A stretch of DNA of 64,000 nt, from positions 36,704,001-36,768,000 of the forward strand of contig JAGIQG010000009.1 of assembly GCA_024679065.1 (NCBI GenBank). Reading direction: 5' to 3'. The translations under genes and the position numbers were made by a program. This DNA comes from Sphyrna mokarran. Taxonomy: Eukaryota. The notes beneath the pieces were generated by a model. The model made no database searches. It saw only the letters and a list, made by a program, of their open reading frames with translations, and was not told where the DNA came from. Positions 63,501 to 64,000 of this stretch are shown one piece after another (position 1 is the first letter of the stretch; each line of letters starts with the position of its first letter).

Positions 63501-63769
63501 GTGCTTCTGTATACAGGTTGGAGTTCACAGTACTCAGCCTTTCAATTTCATCCTTGTAGAAATGAAGTGTTTTATGTTTATATAACTTTGCTAACCTGTG
63601 TTCCTACTTTGTCTATCTGTAACGTTCTAATCCCTCTGTCCTCTACACCATTTAGATACTTATTTTCCAAGATGTATTCTATCTCCTTGTTCTTCCTACC
63701 AATATATGCTTCCTCACACTTTTGTATTGACACTAATTTGCAAGTAATATGTTCATTTTTTTTTAAGAG

Positions 63770-64000
63770 CAACACAGACGGGAAACAGGCCCTTCGGCCC
63801 AACGAGCCCGTGCTGCCGTCATAACTATATAGTAGCAAATCCATTATCCTATTATATTATTCCTATATAATAATATATATATTATTCCTAATATGGAAAA
63901 CTCTCACTATAGGGACAATTTGTTTCCCAATCAGCCTAAGAGCGAATTTTTGGGTTGTGGGAGGAAACCGGAGTGCCCGGAGAAAACCCACGCAACCACG
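63770..64000 (-). mobile_element. SINE 3' part, cut by window end
   Basis: ggaaacaggcccttcggccc tail; gtgggaggaaaccggagtgcccggagaaaacccacg. Confidence 0.75.

Noticed and set aside
62477-64000. ORC1 coding exons
   Set aside because: No ORC1-like peptide was recognised; the region is mainly LINE/SINE remnants.

Overview
AT-rich vertebrate genomic DNA, most likely a shark or other elasmobranch (inferred from the tRNA-derived HE1-like SINEs, CR1/HER1-like LINE tails and Penelope-type repeats). The + strand carries the 3' part of TUT4/ZCCHC11 (terminal uridylyltransferase 4): 21 coding exons from 1091 to the stop at 36898, including one GC-AG intron. The - strand carries the complete 10-exon PRPF38A CDS (61940 to 51515, 312 aa), tail-to-tail with TUT4. 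A GC/CpG-rich promoter follows, with an E2F site and two minisatellites; by vertebrate synteny it is probably shared head-to-head with ORC1, but no ORC1 exon was recognised. Introns and the intergenic region are full of decayed SINEs, LINEs, MITEs and Penelope-like elements. The most unusual items are a ~230-nt near-perfect palindrome in PRPF38A intron 1 whose arms each carry a minimal hammerhead-ribozyme-like core, and a ~1.6-kb decayed, internally triplicated coding-like insert inside a terminal-inverted-repeat element in a TUT4 intron. Exon boundaries were read by eye from splice signals and remembered homology. Repeat boundaries are approximate.
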